This document shows positions 25,725 through 40,079 of a DNA stretch of 64,000 bases, in pieces. Each line of letters begins with the position of its first letter. Within the stretch, counting starts at the first letter, position 1. A program made the position numbers and the translations under genes. Under the pieces are notes generated by a model that searched no databases, was not told where the DNA came from, and saw nothing but the letters and a program-made list of their open reading frames with translations. The stretch comes from the human T2T-CHM13v2.0 reference genome, Homo sapiens. The DNA is taken from the NCBI RefSeq assembly GCF_009914755.1, contig NC_060925.1; one strand, written 5' to 3'.

Positions 25725-28700
25725 ATTGAGCACCATTGCCCTTTTATTCAAGTAATAGTACTCCAGTATCATTTGGAATCCCTTCTCCATATCAGGTGCA
25801 GCCTTGGTTGAATAGTCAATCAAGGTGTCTAAGTGTCTTCCTCTCCACACCCCACATACTACCACCCCTGACAACCAGGTAGTGCCATGTGACCAAGTCT
25901 GGGCCAATCAGTTTCTTTTCTGGGGCACTAAACTCTTGAGCAGTAATATCTGGATGGAAAAGCTGCACCCTGCTAGAATATCAATTTTCTGCTGCAGCCT
26001 TGATCCCTGGAGAGGTCTTGCCCTTGTTATGTTCATTCATTCTTTAGCTATTCTTTCAATTCTGTGGGCCACACTATAGCTTTTTTGATACCCCCTTTAT
26101 GGTTAAGTTAACCAGTGTGGATTTCAGTAGTTTGTCCTCAAAGAATCCTATCAGATATAACTAATAACACTGACATTTGTCCCATATTGTGATACAGACC
26201 TTCCTGAATAACTTTGAGTAGTCCTATGATATAGCTTCCTTCTTTAACTGGCTGTAGTAGCTAGAATCTTCACCATAATAGCCAACTCTATTTTTTGTCA
26301 TTTAGGGTTTGGACTTTCTTAGTAACAATTCAACAAGTATATGATTGCCTTCCTTGAAGGAAGGAACATTCTGATTCTTTTGTATCCAACACAGGAGGCC
26401 ACTGGGATCATCCTCCAGGGAGTGTGAGATCTAGGGTCCTCTTTAAGGAGATATAGCATCTGAAGCAAATTGTTGCGTTTTTTTTCCTGCTTCTTCCAAT
26501 TTTATACAGTTAGAAATCTGGCTTATCCCATTGATTCTTGATCCTTGCTCTGGTGTTGCTGCATGTAAAACTTTATTCTGACATGCCTGGTTTCAGATGT
26601 GTATTGTTTTATACTTGGGAATGTAAAATTCTGTTAGTTATCGGAATAGCTGAACTCACCAGCAGTCATCCATAAGAGGCTACTTACTTTAAAAGAATGT
26701 TAGATTTAGATGATTTTCAAGGACAAATTGGAAGGAAAAAGAAAAGAGCAACAAAAAAAGCCCTGACTTGGCAGCTTTGGGATGAACGAGGGTGAGCTGG
26801 AGAGTGGACTAGAGGGAGTGAAGAGGAGAAAAGGCAGTGGAATGGAGGTGGGGTTTGGGGCTGGGTGTGCAATTTTGCTCCTCAACAAAAGATGCCATTC
26901 TTTTCTATCACAGCTGGTAGTGTACACTGTTTCCTTCCTCTCTTTAGCAATCTGGTTCTGCAGAGCCTCTGAAACACCGAGCATGGAACACTGGACGAAT
27001 TCTAGGGTCAACTGGAAATGAGCCAGTGCCTGTTGGCTGGCCAGTTGTCCACCTTCATTTATGTCTTTGTTTGCCCAGTACTTGTTCACTCATTTTCTGG
27101 TAACAAAAACTCGATTACATTTGGGAACATTTCTCTGTGATTTGCAGCTGATGTGATTCAGTCTACAACCTCACTGTCAGCTCCTGAATGAGCGCAAGTC
27201 TAGCCATTTCACCTCTTCAAGCTATGGCAATGACACACAATCCTAAGATTCTCTTTGGAACTTCTGGGAAGAGGCTGTCTTTCCAGTAGGCTTTATGAGA
27301 TGATGAAAATGGATGTGGAGCTCTTGGCAGCCTTCTCACTGTGCAGTGGTGAGATGGAATTGGAGAGAGATAGCTTTCTGACAGCAGTGTTGGAACACCT
27401 GAATCCAGTCTTGCCAGTCTAGAGCTACCTTAGGCTTTTCACTATCATGAACCAATATATTTCCTTTTTGCCTTAAGTAGTTTGGTTTCTAACAGATCAA
27501 CTCCTCATGACTTCTGATTAGCTCTGGGATGCTTGCAGTCCACAGAAGAGAGGGCCAGTAGATTTTGGAGACAGAAACTTTTTCAGCTTCCAAAGTGCTT
27601 TGTGTATTTTTCATTATGCAGCTTCTTTAAAGAAGTGGTATAATGACTTTCCTGTCAACTTGAAATAAAATAGAAAAGATCTATGCAGGTGATCAAGGTG
27701 AGGGGCCTTGCAGTAATGCCACCATGGTGTGGGAGATACATCATGGCTTGGATTATTATAGCAGAGAAATAACTAGATTGTCAACAGCATTGTGTGAAAA
27801 GAAAAGCGTTCTTTTCTCCTCCTTCCACTTGCTTGTTTTTATGTGCAAATTTTAATTGGGGAAACGTGAATGATCAAAAACAGATTTCCCTCCAGAGAAG
27901 AGGCATCACGGCTTATATAAGATCTGGTACTTTTATCTGAGTGGTCTAAGAATAACTGAGCTAGCCTAGCAAGAGGAAGGATGTGTCCACCTTCTCAGTT
28001 TCCACTAACAACATCCTCTGTCTTTGCTTGATGAAGAGTCTTTTAGATCATGACTAAAGCCTGGACAAGCTTCTCTGGAACCAATGACAGTTAGTCCTTC
28101 AGAGTGAGTACTCCAGCACATGGTGGGATTTGATTTATCTTAACAAATCAACTTGTCACAAGCCTAAATTCTTTGTTGGTTGGTCAGAGTGACAAGCCAT
28201 AGAACACTTGTTTGTAGCCACTTGATTTCCACTGGACTCACAGCATCAAAGAAGCAAAGAAACATTTGTCCTGATTGAAGGTTGAGTCACATAGAGAGGG
28301 GTCTAAGGACTGAATGGAAATGAAGATATAAACATGAAAATTAAAATGTCAATAAGGCTAGTATTTGATGCCTGGAGCACATGCACTGACTGCGAGCAGA
28401 ATGGAAGATATTGAGGATGTTACTGGGGAGAGAAGAAGACAATGGAGAAGGTGGAAAAGCTCCAGGGAAATAAGACTTGCTTTCAGGACTCCTCTGGTGC
28501 TGACAGTTGATTGGCTACAGTCAGTCTACAGCCTTGGTGATAATTTAAATTGATTGCATTTGTAGCTTTCATAAGGGAAAGGGAAACAGGAGAGTAAACG
28601 ATCTTTTGGAGTTGTCTTAGGAAACCGAATTATATATTTAAAATGGAGTGGGGTTTGGATTTGAGACTAAGGCCAAAAGAAGCAAGCAGAGTAGTTCATG

Positions 28701-28745
28701 CACCATAATTTCCCTTCACTTATGAACTCCTCTACACTTCTGCTT

Positions 28746-28823
28746 AACTTTGCCTGTTTTTTATTCAGACCTATGTGTATATATTTGCATGCACATAGGT
28801 CTGAATAAAAAACAGGCAAAGTT
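28746..28823. repeat. Perfect inverted repeat, 32-bp arms and 14-nt spacer
   Basis: 28746-28777 'aactttgcctgttttttattcagacctatgtg' is the exact reverse complement of 28792-28823. Confidence 0.97.
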
Positions 28824-29004
28824 TTTGGGTAAGCTATGATGTGGTGTTTCAGAATTACTGGATTTTGGGGTCCTTTTAAGTTTCTGTAGGTTCTTGCTGC
28901 CTGAATTGAGGTGGAGAAGTATAGTTCTGAAGTCGCAGAACTACATTTATTTCTGCAAAGGTGGACTCCAGAACCTAGTGTGAAATGGAAGTATTGAATA
29001 TGCC

Positions 29005-29058
29005 ATAAAATAAAATAAAATAAAATAAAATAAAATAAAATAAAATAAAATAAAATAA
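29005..29058. repeat. (TAAAA)n microsatellite
   Basis: About 10 perfect pentamer units. Confidence 0.95.
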
Positions 29059-29299
29059 TGTTTCCATTTTCTAGTGGCAGATATGGAGATTGAGTTGTGG
29101 GGAACCTAGAACCATGAGGATCTTAGAGAAGAGGGAAGAGATTGTGGGAAGCACTGTCTGTGGGGCACCCACTTGCATTCACCGCTTCATAGAAATAGGT
29201 CATATACAAATTGGAATGGATTTTGAGGTTGGAACGAACTGAGTCTTAACACTGATTCCCCCTAATTGTTAGACACATAATGACTGACATAGGACATAT

Positions 29300-29400
29300 T
29301 CTTGGAGTCTCAGTTTCTTTATCTGTAAGACAAGGATAATAATGCCTTTTTTCCAGGAGTGTTGTGAAGATTAAATGAAATGATGTGTTTGTAACTTGAG
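29300..29400 (+). mobile_element. MIR fragment
   Basis: 'gtctcagtttctttatctgtaagacaaggataataatgcc...gttgtgaagattaaatgaaatgatg'. Confidence 0.75.
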
Positions 29401-29740
29401 TGTCATGCCCTCTTGCACACCTACTGTAATGTGCCTCCTGGAGTTGTGCAATGAGGCATCCTGGTCTCCACATCCTCCAATTTTCTGGGACTTATCTCAA
29501 GTTGAAGGCAAACATAAAATGACTTCAGTCGCTAGGATTCTCTGTGGGTGGGTCTGGTGGGTGCTCACATTCGCCTGGTTCTCTTGTTTTCGACTCTGGG
29601 TTCTGCTGGGACCTTGTTTGCCATCTTGTTTTCTGTAGCTCCTGTTACAGATCTAGCTCCATTCTCCTTCATTCCCTAAAGACAATAGGAAAGTTGTTGT
29701 ACACAGCAGATTTTACTGAGGGTTTTGATGATGGAGGAGA

Positions 29741-29840
29741 GTGCCATTATCCTAGTCTGAAATGCTTGGTGGCAAGAGTCTTGCCTGCCAAAGCGAGGAC
29801 AGGTATCATATATATCATGACAGCACTACACCAGCTGCAG
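29741..29840 (+). repeat. Copy 1 of an exact 100-bp dispersed direct repeat
   Basis: 'gtgccattatcctagtctg...gcactacaccagctgcag' is identical to 31344-31443. Confidence 0.97.
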
Positions 29841-30714
29841 CATGGAATAGAAAATACGTTTAAAATAAAATGTTAGTTTTTACTGTTCCTAAACTTCTTG
29901 CCCATTCTGGCGCCAGGAAATTCTCATTACTCTCCTGCTCTTTCAACTCTGGCTGCCCTCCATCTCTTGGGACCTGCCCCCATAGTCCCTGTCACCTTCT
30001 CTTAGATCCTTCTATTTCCGGGTTCCCTGAACCCCAACCCCCACATCTGCCACTGGAAAATAAAAACATTCTCTTACTTGATTACATAGCATACTCAATA
30101 TTCCCATTTCACACTAGGTTCTGGAGTCCATCTTTGCAGAAATGAAAAATTCACCTAGATATCTAAATATGAATCCTGTCCCTCTACAATGTGAGAGTGC
30201 TATAGTCATTTTTTTAAAAAATAATTCCTCTTCTCATTATAGCTGCAAAATACTAAGCCCATAATAGATGCTCAGCAAATAGGAGTGAATGATAGAATCA
30301 AAACAGTAATGTTAACAATAAAAATAAGAAGGATATGAAGTTTATCTGTAGTCTATAAGTATAGCATGTGGTTCCCATCTTCATACTGGTGAAACGTCAC
30401 TGGATTCTGGCGTTGGTAGAAGAGGAGTTCATTCAACAGCTACTGTCCCAGTTGCCTCAGTAAAAAAAAAAGTTTTCAAATAGGCCATTCACATGGCTTG
30501 GGTTTGTGCCTTTGTATGAGTTATCCATGGCACGGATGATATTCAGTGAATTATCCCACATATGGCACAAAAGGCTAGAAATAAGGAAAATTCTGCAAGT
30601 ATTCTGGACCACAGATCCAGAAGGCCAAACAGACTTAGAACTGGTCTGAACATGTTCTGAGCATGATTTGAGCTTGGGACACTGAGGTGGACTCTATCCC
30701 TTCCTTCGGTCTTT

Positions 30715-31010
30715 GGTTAAATGCACCTTCTCAGCAGTGCCTTTCCTAGCTACCCTTTGTGACCTTATAATCCCCTTCCTCCTACATTCCAGCTTCCTCT
30801 TCTTTATTGTTCTCTAAAGCACTTATTACCATTGGACAGACTACATATTTTACTTTTGCTGCTGTTTGTTTTCTCTGTTCTTCTGTTAGAATATAAGTGT
30901 CACATGCGGTGTGGTTTTATTCTGTCATTTACTGCTGTGTCCCAGAGCCTGGCACAGAGCCAGGTACTTTGTGGGTTCAGTAAATATTTGTCAGCTGTTT
31001 ATTGAGTGAC
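30715..31010 (+). mobile_element. L2 3' end
   Basis: 'caccttctcagcagtgcctttcct...ttagaatataag...actgctgtgtcccagagcctggcacagagccagg...cagtaaatatttg'. Confidence 0.7.
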
Positions 31011-31343
31011 TGACCTACTGAGGAACTGGATTATGATAACAATGTTCTATTCTCTTTCGTGGTGCTTTATTTTTTACAAAGAGCTTTCATGTATGTTATT
31101 TTCCATAACTCTCACCCACTTAGGAAGTAGATAGCAAAGGTAAGCTCAGAATGGTAATGTGAACTCTCTGGGTCATTTAGTGAACTTGGGGGCTGGAACC
31201 CTTTTCTTTTGACTCCAAATCCAGTGTCCTCTCCACTGCATACACCAAGCAAACATGTATTGTTTGCATAAAACATAACAAATACTTTGGGATACAAAGA
31301 GTGATGGAAGTGTTCTGGGCTAAGTGTCACAAGCATCTCTGTT

Positions 31344-31443
31344 GTGCCATTATCCTAGTCTGAAATGCTTGGTGGCAAGAGTCTTGCCTGCCAAAGCGAG
31401 GACAGGTATCATATATATCATGACAGCACTACACCAGCTGCAG
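31344..31443 (+). repeat. Copy 2 of the exact 100-bp dispersed direct repeat
   Basis: Identical to 29741-29840; both ORFs spanning the copies share CHYPSLKCLVARVLPAKARTGIIYIMTALHQLQ. Confidence 0.97.
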
Positions 31444-31898
31444 TCTGCAATGCCAAGGCTCTGTGCCAAATTGAACAAAACCAGATCAGACTCACTTGTA
31501 AGCTTTCCGTGGGCAAGTCTTTACCAGCCTAATAGCATTGGTGGTAGTTGTAGGGGATGAGGGGGTGGGGGTAGAGGGTACAGAAAAGTACAAATGCCTG
31601 AGAGTGGATGGGCTTGGGGGCTTATGTTCACAATAATAAAAACCCACATTTGTCAAGAGGTTTACAGTCACCTCATTCCTTTAACATTTGCCATCATATT
31701 TGATATTTAAATTTTTTAAAGCAACTCTCTTGGTTAAAATGAGCAGGCATGGATTTGTCTGCTTTATATACAAGGAAGCTGACGCCTAGACAAATTGTGC
31801 AATGAATCCAATGTTAGAGTATTAGTAAGGGACAGAATTACATTTTCATCTTAGGATTTTTGAAGCCAAATATTGATGCTTTTTTCTTTTTGTTATTA

Positions 31899-32390
<492 letters not shown>

Positions 32391-32434
32391 TTCACATAGA
32401 GAGGAGAGCAAACTTTGCAATTGGGTATCTCTCT

Positions 32435-32852
32435 AGCCAGTCCCCTGCATTCCTCATATACGGGGATGCTGTTTTTTGAGCATTCCATGCATACTCCTAC
32501 CTCAGGGCCTTTGCTCTTGCTTTTTCTTCTGCCTGCAATGTTTTTATCCCTAGATATCCACATGTATCACAACTTTTTTTTCCTTCAACATGCTCACATG
32601 CTGCCTTTGCAGTGAAGGCTTCCTCCACCACCCCACCCCTAAGTGCTCTGTATCTGTGATTACTTTCCATATTATTTTCCACCTTCTTGTATACCAGATA
32701 CTTACTTACTTAATTTGTCCATTGCCTGTCTACCAACTCCCCAATAAGGGTGGAAACCTCAAGGACAGATCTTCATCTTTTCACTGTATCCCTAGCATTT
32801 AGGACAGTGTCTGCCATAAAGCAGCCTCTTAAAAAGAGTTACTGAATGAATG
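32435..32852 (+). mobile_element. L2a 3' end
   Basis: 'cctcagggcctttgctcttgct...ctgcctgcaatg...ttcactgtatccctagca...ctgaatgaatg'. Confidence 0.75.
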
Positions 32853-34859
32853 GAGGGAAGAAGCACATAGAATCAGGGGCTTTGCCATCTTGTAAACATA
32901 GATTTCTTGCTTTTACTTTGGAGTTTCATCCCTCACAGGGAAAGATCTTATTCAAGGTCGATTGTTGATCAAGGGCCCACAAAGAGCACTGGATAATACC
33001 AGAGTGTGCCTGTCCACAGTCATGAGTTTCAGAAAGATCATCCTCTTCCCAGGCTGACTAAGGAGGGGCTGCATGGGATGAAAGGATGCAGAGAACAGAA
33101 CATGGTGCCTGAAGAGCCTGCCAAGATGTGCATCAATGTCCAGTGCAGGTTCCTGGGAAGCTAACTGGACCCTTGTTGCTGCGCAGATGAGCATGAGGGG
33201 CCAGAGCCCTCAAAGCAGGGTAAAGAGCAAAGGAGACATTAAACAGCCAGCAGAAATCTTTCTTTGTGAATTTTGTAAAAAGTTCTTCACATATAAAAGG
33301 AAAATTTGTCTTCGTTTACTTGAGTGAGAAAATAAGACTATATTTTCAAGTCCTTAATATATTTACTTAAGACAAAAATTAAAATTGCAGAAAAGCACAA
33401 AGAAAACATCCAATGATTATTGCCATTTTGCCAGATTTACTTCAATATTTAATAAAATAAATAATACATTATATATAAAGTTCACATGCCTTTTGTCTGG
33501 GATTCCAAGCCTCATTCCCCTCCCTAGGTCCCTAGAAATAACCTCTGTCATGAGTGTTGAGCGTTTTTTCCAGTTAGTAGAATTAGATCTATTTACACAC
33601 AGTGATATGTTTACTACATCTCAAAAATTACAATTTAGACAGAAAAAAAGTTGTAGAATGAGTTTTTACAGTATAACGGTTTTCACTGAAACACACACAC
33701 ACTAAGCAGTGTTATGTATTGTTCATCCTTTAAATAAAAATTTCTTTAAGAATGGAGCACTTGGGGAAACTTTCAGAAATATCAGTGCTATTTAAGAATA
33801 ACTCTCCATAAAGAAAATCTTTATGAAAGAAGAGGGAATAGCAATCTAATACTGTTTAAGATAATGTCAATTTCATTTTACACATTTCCTTGAGTTTCTA
33901 AGGATTTTTAAAAACTTATGGTGATAAAGTCTAGAAAAATACTAACACAGGTGGATTTGAATTTATTCATTGGATAATTGTACAGTTGAAAGAAGCCCTT
34001 GAAATGAATTAGATACATGATTGATTAATGATTAGTTTCATTCTTTCTTCGTTTATGGTACTTGGGGATAAAACATGCCATACTATGTTTGCAGAACTCT
34101 ATTTAGCAAACCTTTGGTCTTGGTGACTGTATAAATTGGCAATTACATGCACTTTAAACAGAGGAATATTGTGTTGAATTAAATTGTACAGTGGTTTGGG
34201 TTGAACCCAGTTCAACCTAGCAAGTCTTTTGCTTATTAAAACTGTGCAATAGCTATAAAATCTGTATATTATCCGAAGATACACTCCTTTACAAAACAAT
34301 CACATTATCAGAATAGTTTCTCAGAGTGTGAAAAGAATAAGATATTAAAATATATTTGAATCATGAATCATATTTGATAGCACATGTTCTTTCTTCCTTG
34401 CTTCGTTTACACATAGGGCTTAATTCTAGGCAGTGCCTCTCAGCGCTTCCATCAGATTACCCATCATGTCAGAGGAGGGGAACAGGCAGCTCAAGGGCTC
34501 TGGGGCTTTGCTCAAGGCGTCTCCTGCAGGAAGAAAATATTTATCTAAATGTTCATGTTTTTATTCAAATTTTATAGGATTTGCATTCTAATCTGAGATA
34601 TTTACATTTAATAATATACATATGTTGTTTAAATTACTTACTAGTTAAATTATTTAACTTTTTAATACAAAAACCTCGAAGCAAAATTGGTTTTCCAGAG
34701 AAGACGGACCTTGGTTATTCTGGCATTTTGTCACTTTTCTCTAATGGGAACATAGGGTGATAAACAGTACTTTAAGGTATTATGCTAAATTTGTGGACAA
34801 ATTATAATTTCACAGCCTTAGTAATTCTTATAGTTATCCTCCTGACAATAGATTTAGGT

Positions 34860-35115
34860 GTTTTTATTTTTTTTCCAGGGTCTTCCTCGGTTGCTCAGGC
34901 TGGAACGCAGTGGCGAGATCTTGGCTCACTGCAGCCTTGACCTCCTTGGCCTCCTGAACAGCTGGCACAACAGGCACGAGCCACCATGCCTGGATAATTT
35001 TTGTATTTTTCATAGAGATGGGGTTTTGCTATGTTGCCCAGGCTTTTCTTGAACTCCTGAGCTCAAAGTAACCACCTCAGCCTCCTAAAGTGCTGGGATT
35101 ACAGACAGGACTCAC
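34860..35115 (-). mobile_element. AluJ-type, with internal deletions
   Basis: 'caggctggaacgcagtggcgagatcttggctcactgcagccttgacctcc...gctatgttgcccagg...aagtgctgggattaca'. Confidence 0.9.
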
Positions 35116-36090
35116 ATTTCTTTTTCACTCTTTTAAAAAATCTGTGCCTTGGTTTGTCCATTTACAAAGCGGGATGAGAAAAATACTATAGTTAACCTGA
35201 GTTTCTCAGATTAAAGTAACCACATACAAAATTCTATGAACAGTAGCCAACATTTAATGACTTGGTCAAGTGTCAGGGGCTGTTCTATGTGCTGCCGGTG
35301 GGTTAATGTATCTGGTCCTCACGACAGCCCCATGAAGCAGGCACTTTCATCATATTCATGTTCAGATTAAGAGTGTGCAGGGCTAGGAGGTCAGGAAATT
35401 ACTCCACTGCGGTACAGAGTTTCTCAGAAATTCTCAGAACTATGGTCATATAAATATTGGAAATGTTGCATATTATACAATATGGAATGACAATATAAAA
35501 CAAACCCTGAAAATTGTTGTAGTGAAAAAAAAAAACCCAAATAAGTCTTCCTTAATTTTGTTAACCAAAAATTTTCTAAAATAATTTAATAACAGGGTAT
35601 TTCCTCCTCTTCCTCCTTTTACCAGACAGCTATTATTATTCTTCAGAATTAGGGTCCTCAGAACAGACTTGGAGAATCAACTGACACAGCCCCATGAGTC
35701 TGGAGGGGACATGGGGCTTGTGGGGACGGGGCAGGGATTCTCAGTTCTGATACTCTAAACACTGAGAAAGCAGTTTGCTGGATCTTTGGCATAGATCTTG
35801 GGAGAGAACTATAGTTAATTTAGGTAGATGAGACTCTCTCCATAAAGTAATGATAGTTGAGAATTAGTTGAGAAATTTTCAATTTAATCAAATAAACACT
35901 TCCTACGTGCCACCTTTCTAGGTGTTTGGGATAACACAGTGTGTAAAATCGACATGTACCCCTGCCCTTAAGGAGGAGTTAAACAATCAATGAAATAATT
36001 AACTATGTGTTATATAAGAAAGAAAATGATCCCAAGCCAGAATTGTTAGATTTCTGAAAAAATGTTTCAAGAAAATGCTGTTAGATTATA

Positions 36091-37460
<1,370 letters not shown>

Positions 37461-37789
37461 GAACTTGAATGAGATTAAGATTCCCTTTTGGGAAGTTAAA
37501 TTTATCTGCCCAGCTAATCATCTGTCTTGTGACAGGCCTAATAACTTCTAACCAGACATTCCTTCATTGTACCTAGTCTAACAATGTTATCTAACCACTT
37601 TCTCTCCTTCTAGAAACATGTCTAACAAGAGAGAAACCTCAGAATTGGTGTTCTCAGGAGCCCTTTTTCTTGTGGCAAGTTTGAAATAAAACTTGGACTG
37701 GACTTTACAATTAATTGGTCTAAAAAATGCCTTTAATGCATGTTAGGTAAGATCTATTATTAAAAAGCAAACAAGAGAGCCCAGAGCAG

Positions 37790-38095
37790 GGTAAGAGCAA
37801 TTGGCAGCATTGGTGGGGGTTAGTGGGTGGCAATTTAGCATGGAGTGGTTAGAATAAGCCTCATTGAGGAGGTAACATTTAAGCAAAGATGTGATGATGG
37901 TGAGGGATTTCACCATGTGAATATCTGGGAGAAAGGCATTCCAGACAGAGGGAGTATCACGTGCAAAGGCCCTGAGGTAGAGATTTGCTGGTGAGTTGGA
38001 GGTTATAGTAAGAGGCTGTTGTGGCTGCTGGAGAGGGAGCCAGGGATTTGGTAGGAAACAAGGTCAGAGGGGCTTTGTGGGTTATTATACAGACT
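37790..38095 (-). mobile_element. L2 fragment
   Basis: 'gcctcattgaggaggtaacatttaagcaaaga...atctgggagaaaggcattccagacagaggga...gtgcaaaggccctgagg'. Confidence 0.75.
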
Positions 38096-39545
38096 ACAGA
38101 GGCCCTGCCTCTTCTTAGATGTCATTCTCTACTTAAGACCTTGTTTAAAGTCCTTTTTCTTCACTTCTGAGATGGTTTCCTCACTTAAATTCCTACAGAA
38201 TTTGGTCACACCTTCTTATATTCTGTTTTGTCGTAAATGTTTGGTTTCTAGTCTTATCAACCCTCATTGGATTATTAGCTGTTTAAGGGCACAGCTGTGC
38301 TTGATTATCCTTTGTAATCTCACTCATTCACTTATTCATTAGAAATTTATCGAACACTTACTATGTGCCAGGAACTAGGCACTTATTAAACACATTATTA
38401 TTGACTAGGCCCTTATTAAATACATCATAGCCCTCTCCTCTCAAGGAAATCATCTATTAGGAAGACACACAAAGATAGCAGCATTTTAGCGCAGTAGGAA
38501 AAATATTATGGAAGCATAGAGAGAAGTGCCTAATGGGGGAACCGGAGGATGGACAGGTCTGATCAGAGATGACTCCAGGAGGAGGTGATTCCATGTACAA
38601 AAGAAACACCTGTGGCATAGAACTGTACCTTGTGCCACTGGAGGAACTTTCTGTATATCTGTGAAGAATAACAGTTCTAGGGGGAAAGAAGGTGCAGTCT
38701 CTCTGCCTTTGAATAAGGCTACTTACCACTGTTATAGACTCTTGGCTGCAGCAGCCCTGGGTTCCATCACTGGGAGGGACATATTCACCAGATGCAGCCC
38801 TTTCTTGACTCAGTTCCTTCTCTCCTGGTTGAGATGTTCCTTTTCCACCCATCCAGTGTTCTTCAGCAGTCTGACTCCGGTGGGTGAATTATCTCAGAGG
38901 TCACAGCATTCCTATGGTTTTGGAATGTCTTTGCTTAGCAGTGGGATTTTGTTCTGAGGGTTAGGAAGAGTTATGGGCTATATTCATGAGTATCTACGAC
39001 CATCCTATGCAGCTAGTGGGAAACCTGAAATTACTTGAATGCCTTGTTTTGCTTCTATATATAGGAAAATGGAGGCACAGGTTGGATAAGTGCCTTCCTT
39101 AGTGTCATATATTAAGTCAGTGACCAAAGTGGAAGCAGACAGATCTGTATATTAATAGTTTGGGAGTGCTATGTGCCAGACTATGCTAGTTGGCATGGAG
39201 TCAAAGGCCATGGCTTATAGTAACTGCAAATTTTTAGACTTTTGTGCTTCAAATGCAGAAAAGTAATGATGCATTAACTTTGCATCACAAAGTTAACTTT
39301 CTTGTTGCTTTTGTGAGTATGCATGTGTGTATACATGTGTGAGGGTTTTTTTGAGTGCAAAAAGACAGATCTGAGTGTATGCAATATGCTTGAATTGGAG
39401 GCTATACACTGAGCTACACACTCATTTGAATGATTGACTAATTATTCCCTTTATTAAGTGCTCTGAGGTTTTTATTTTGTTTTAACATTTGGGCACCCAT
39501 AACACCTTCCAGTTGACAATAAGAAATTATTGACTTTGTCATATG

Positions 39546-40079
39546 CAGCAGTTCCCCTTTATCTGCCGTTTTGCTTTCTGTGGTTTCAGTTAACTGCTGT
39601 CTACTGAAGCCTGAATATATTAAATGGAAAATTCCAGAGATAAATAATTTATAAGTTTTTAATTGTGTGCTGTTCTGAAATCTCATGCTGTCCTTCTCTG
39701 TCCTGGCTGGAATGTGAATCGTTCGTTTGCTCAGGTTTCCACCCTATGCCCCCACCTGCTAGTCACTTAGTAGCTGTCTTGGTTATTAGGTTGATTGAGT
39801 GTCTAGGTGGCATGGCAGTGCTTGTGTTCAAGTCACCCTTATTTTACTTAATAATGGCTCCAAGTGCAAGAGTAGTGATGCTGGCATATTGTTATAATTG
39901 TTCTATTTTATTAGTTATTGTTGTTAATCTCTTACTGTGCCTAATTCATAAATTAAACTTTATCATAGATAATTATGTATAGGAAAAAACATACTTCTAT
40001 AGGGTTTGGTACTATCCAGGTTTCAGTCATCCAAAAGGGGTCTTGGAATGTATCCCCGGAAGATAAGGGGGAACTACTG
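39546..40079. mobile_element. MER44 (Tigger7-derived) non-autonomous DNA transposon
   Basis: Terminal inverted repeats 'cagcagttccccttt' and 'aagggggaactactg' followed by TA; internal 'attaaatggaaaattccaga'. Confidence 0.85.

Noticed and set aside
29742-31442. The 100-bp repeats as LTRs of a new mini-retroelement (inner TG...CA ends)
   Set aside because: There is no TSD, no recognisable primer-binding site, and the interior is ordinary DNA with old L2/MIR relics. Identity also extends one base beyond TG...CA on each side.
29544-31560. Two ORFs sharing a 33-aa peptide as paralogous small proteins
   Set aside because: The shared peptide is simply the translation of the 100-bp duplicate, and the flanking residues are unrelated.
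34860-35115. Alu with unusual internal structure
   Set aside because: Explained by small deletions in an old AluJ.
35421-35439. Tandem STAT GAS motifs (ttctcagaa x2)
   Set aside because: The 1-bp spacing and position at the edge of a DNA-transposon relic fit a 10-bp slippage duplication better.
38374-38428. Imperfect 30-bp-period duplication; similar ones at 41884-41936, 17994-18025, 14024-14047 and about 57977-57998
   Set aside because: Short diverged tandem duplications are normal background in mammalian DNA.
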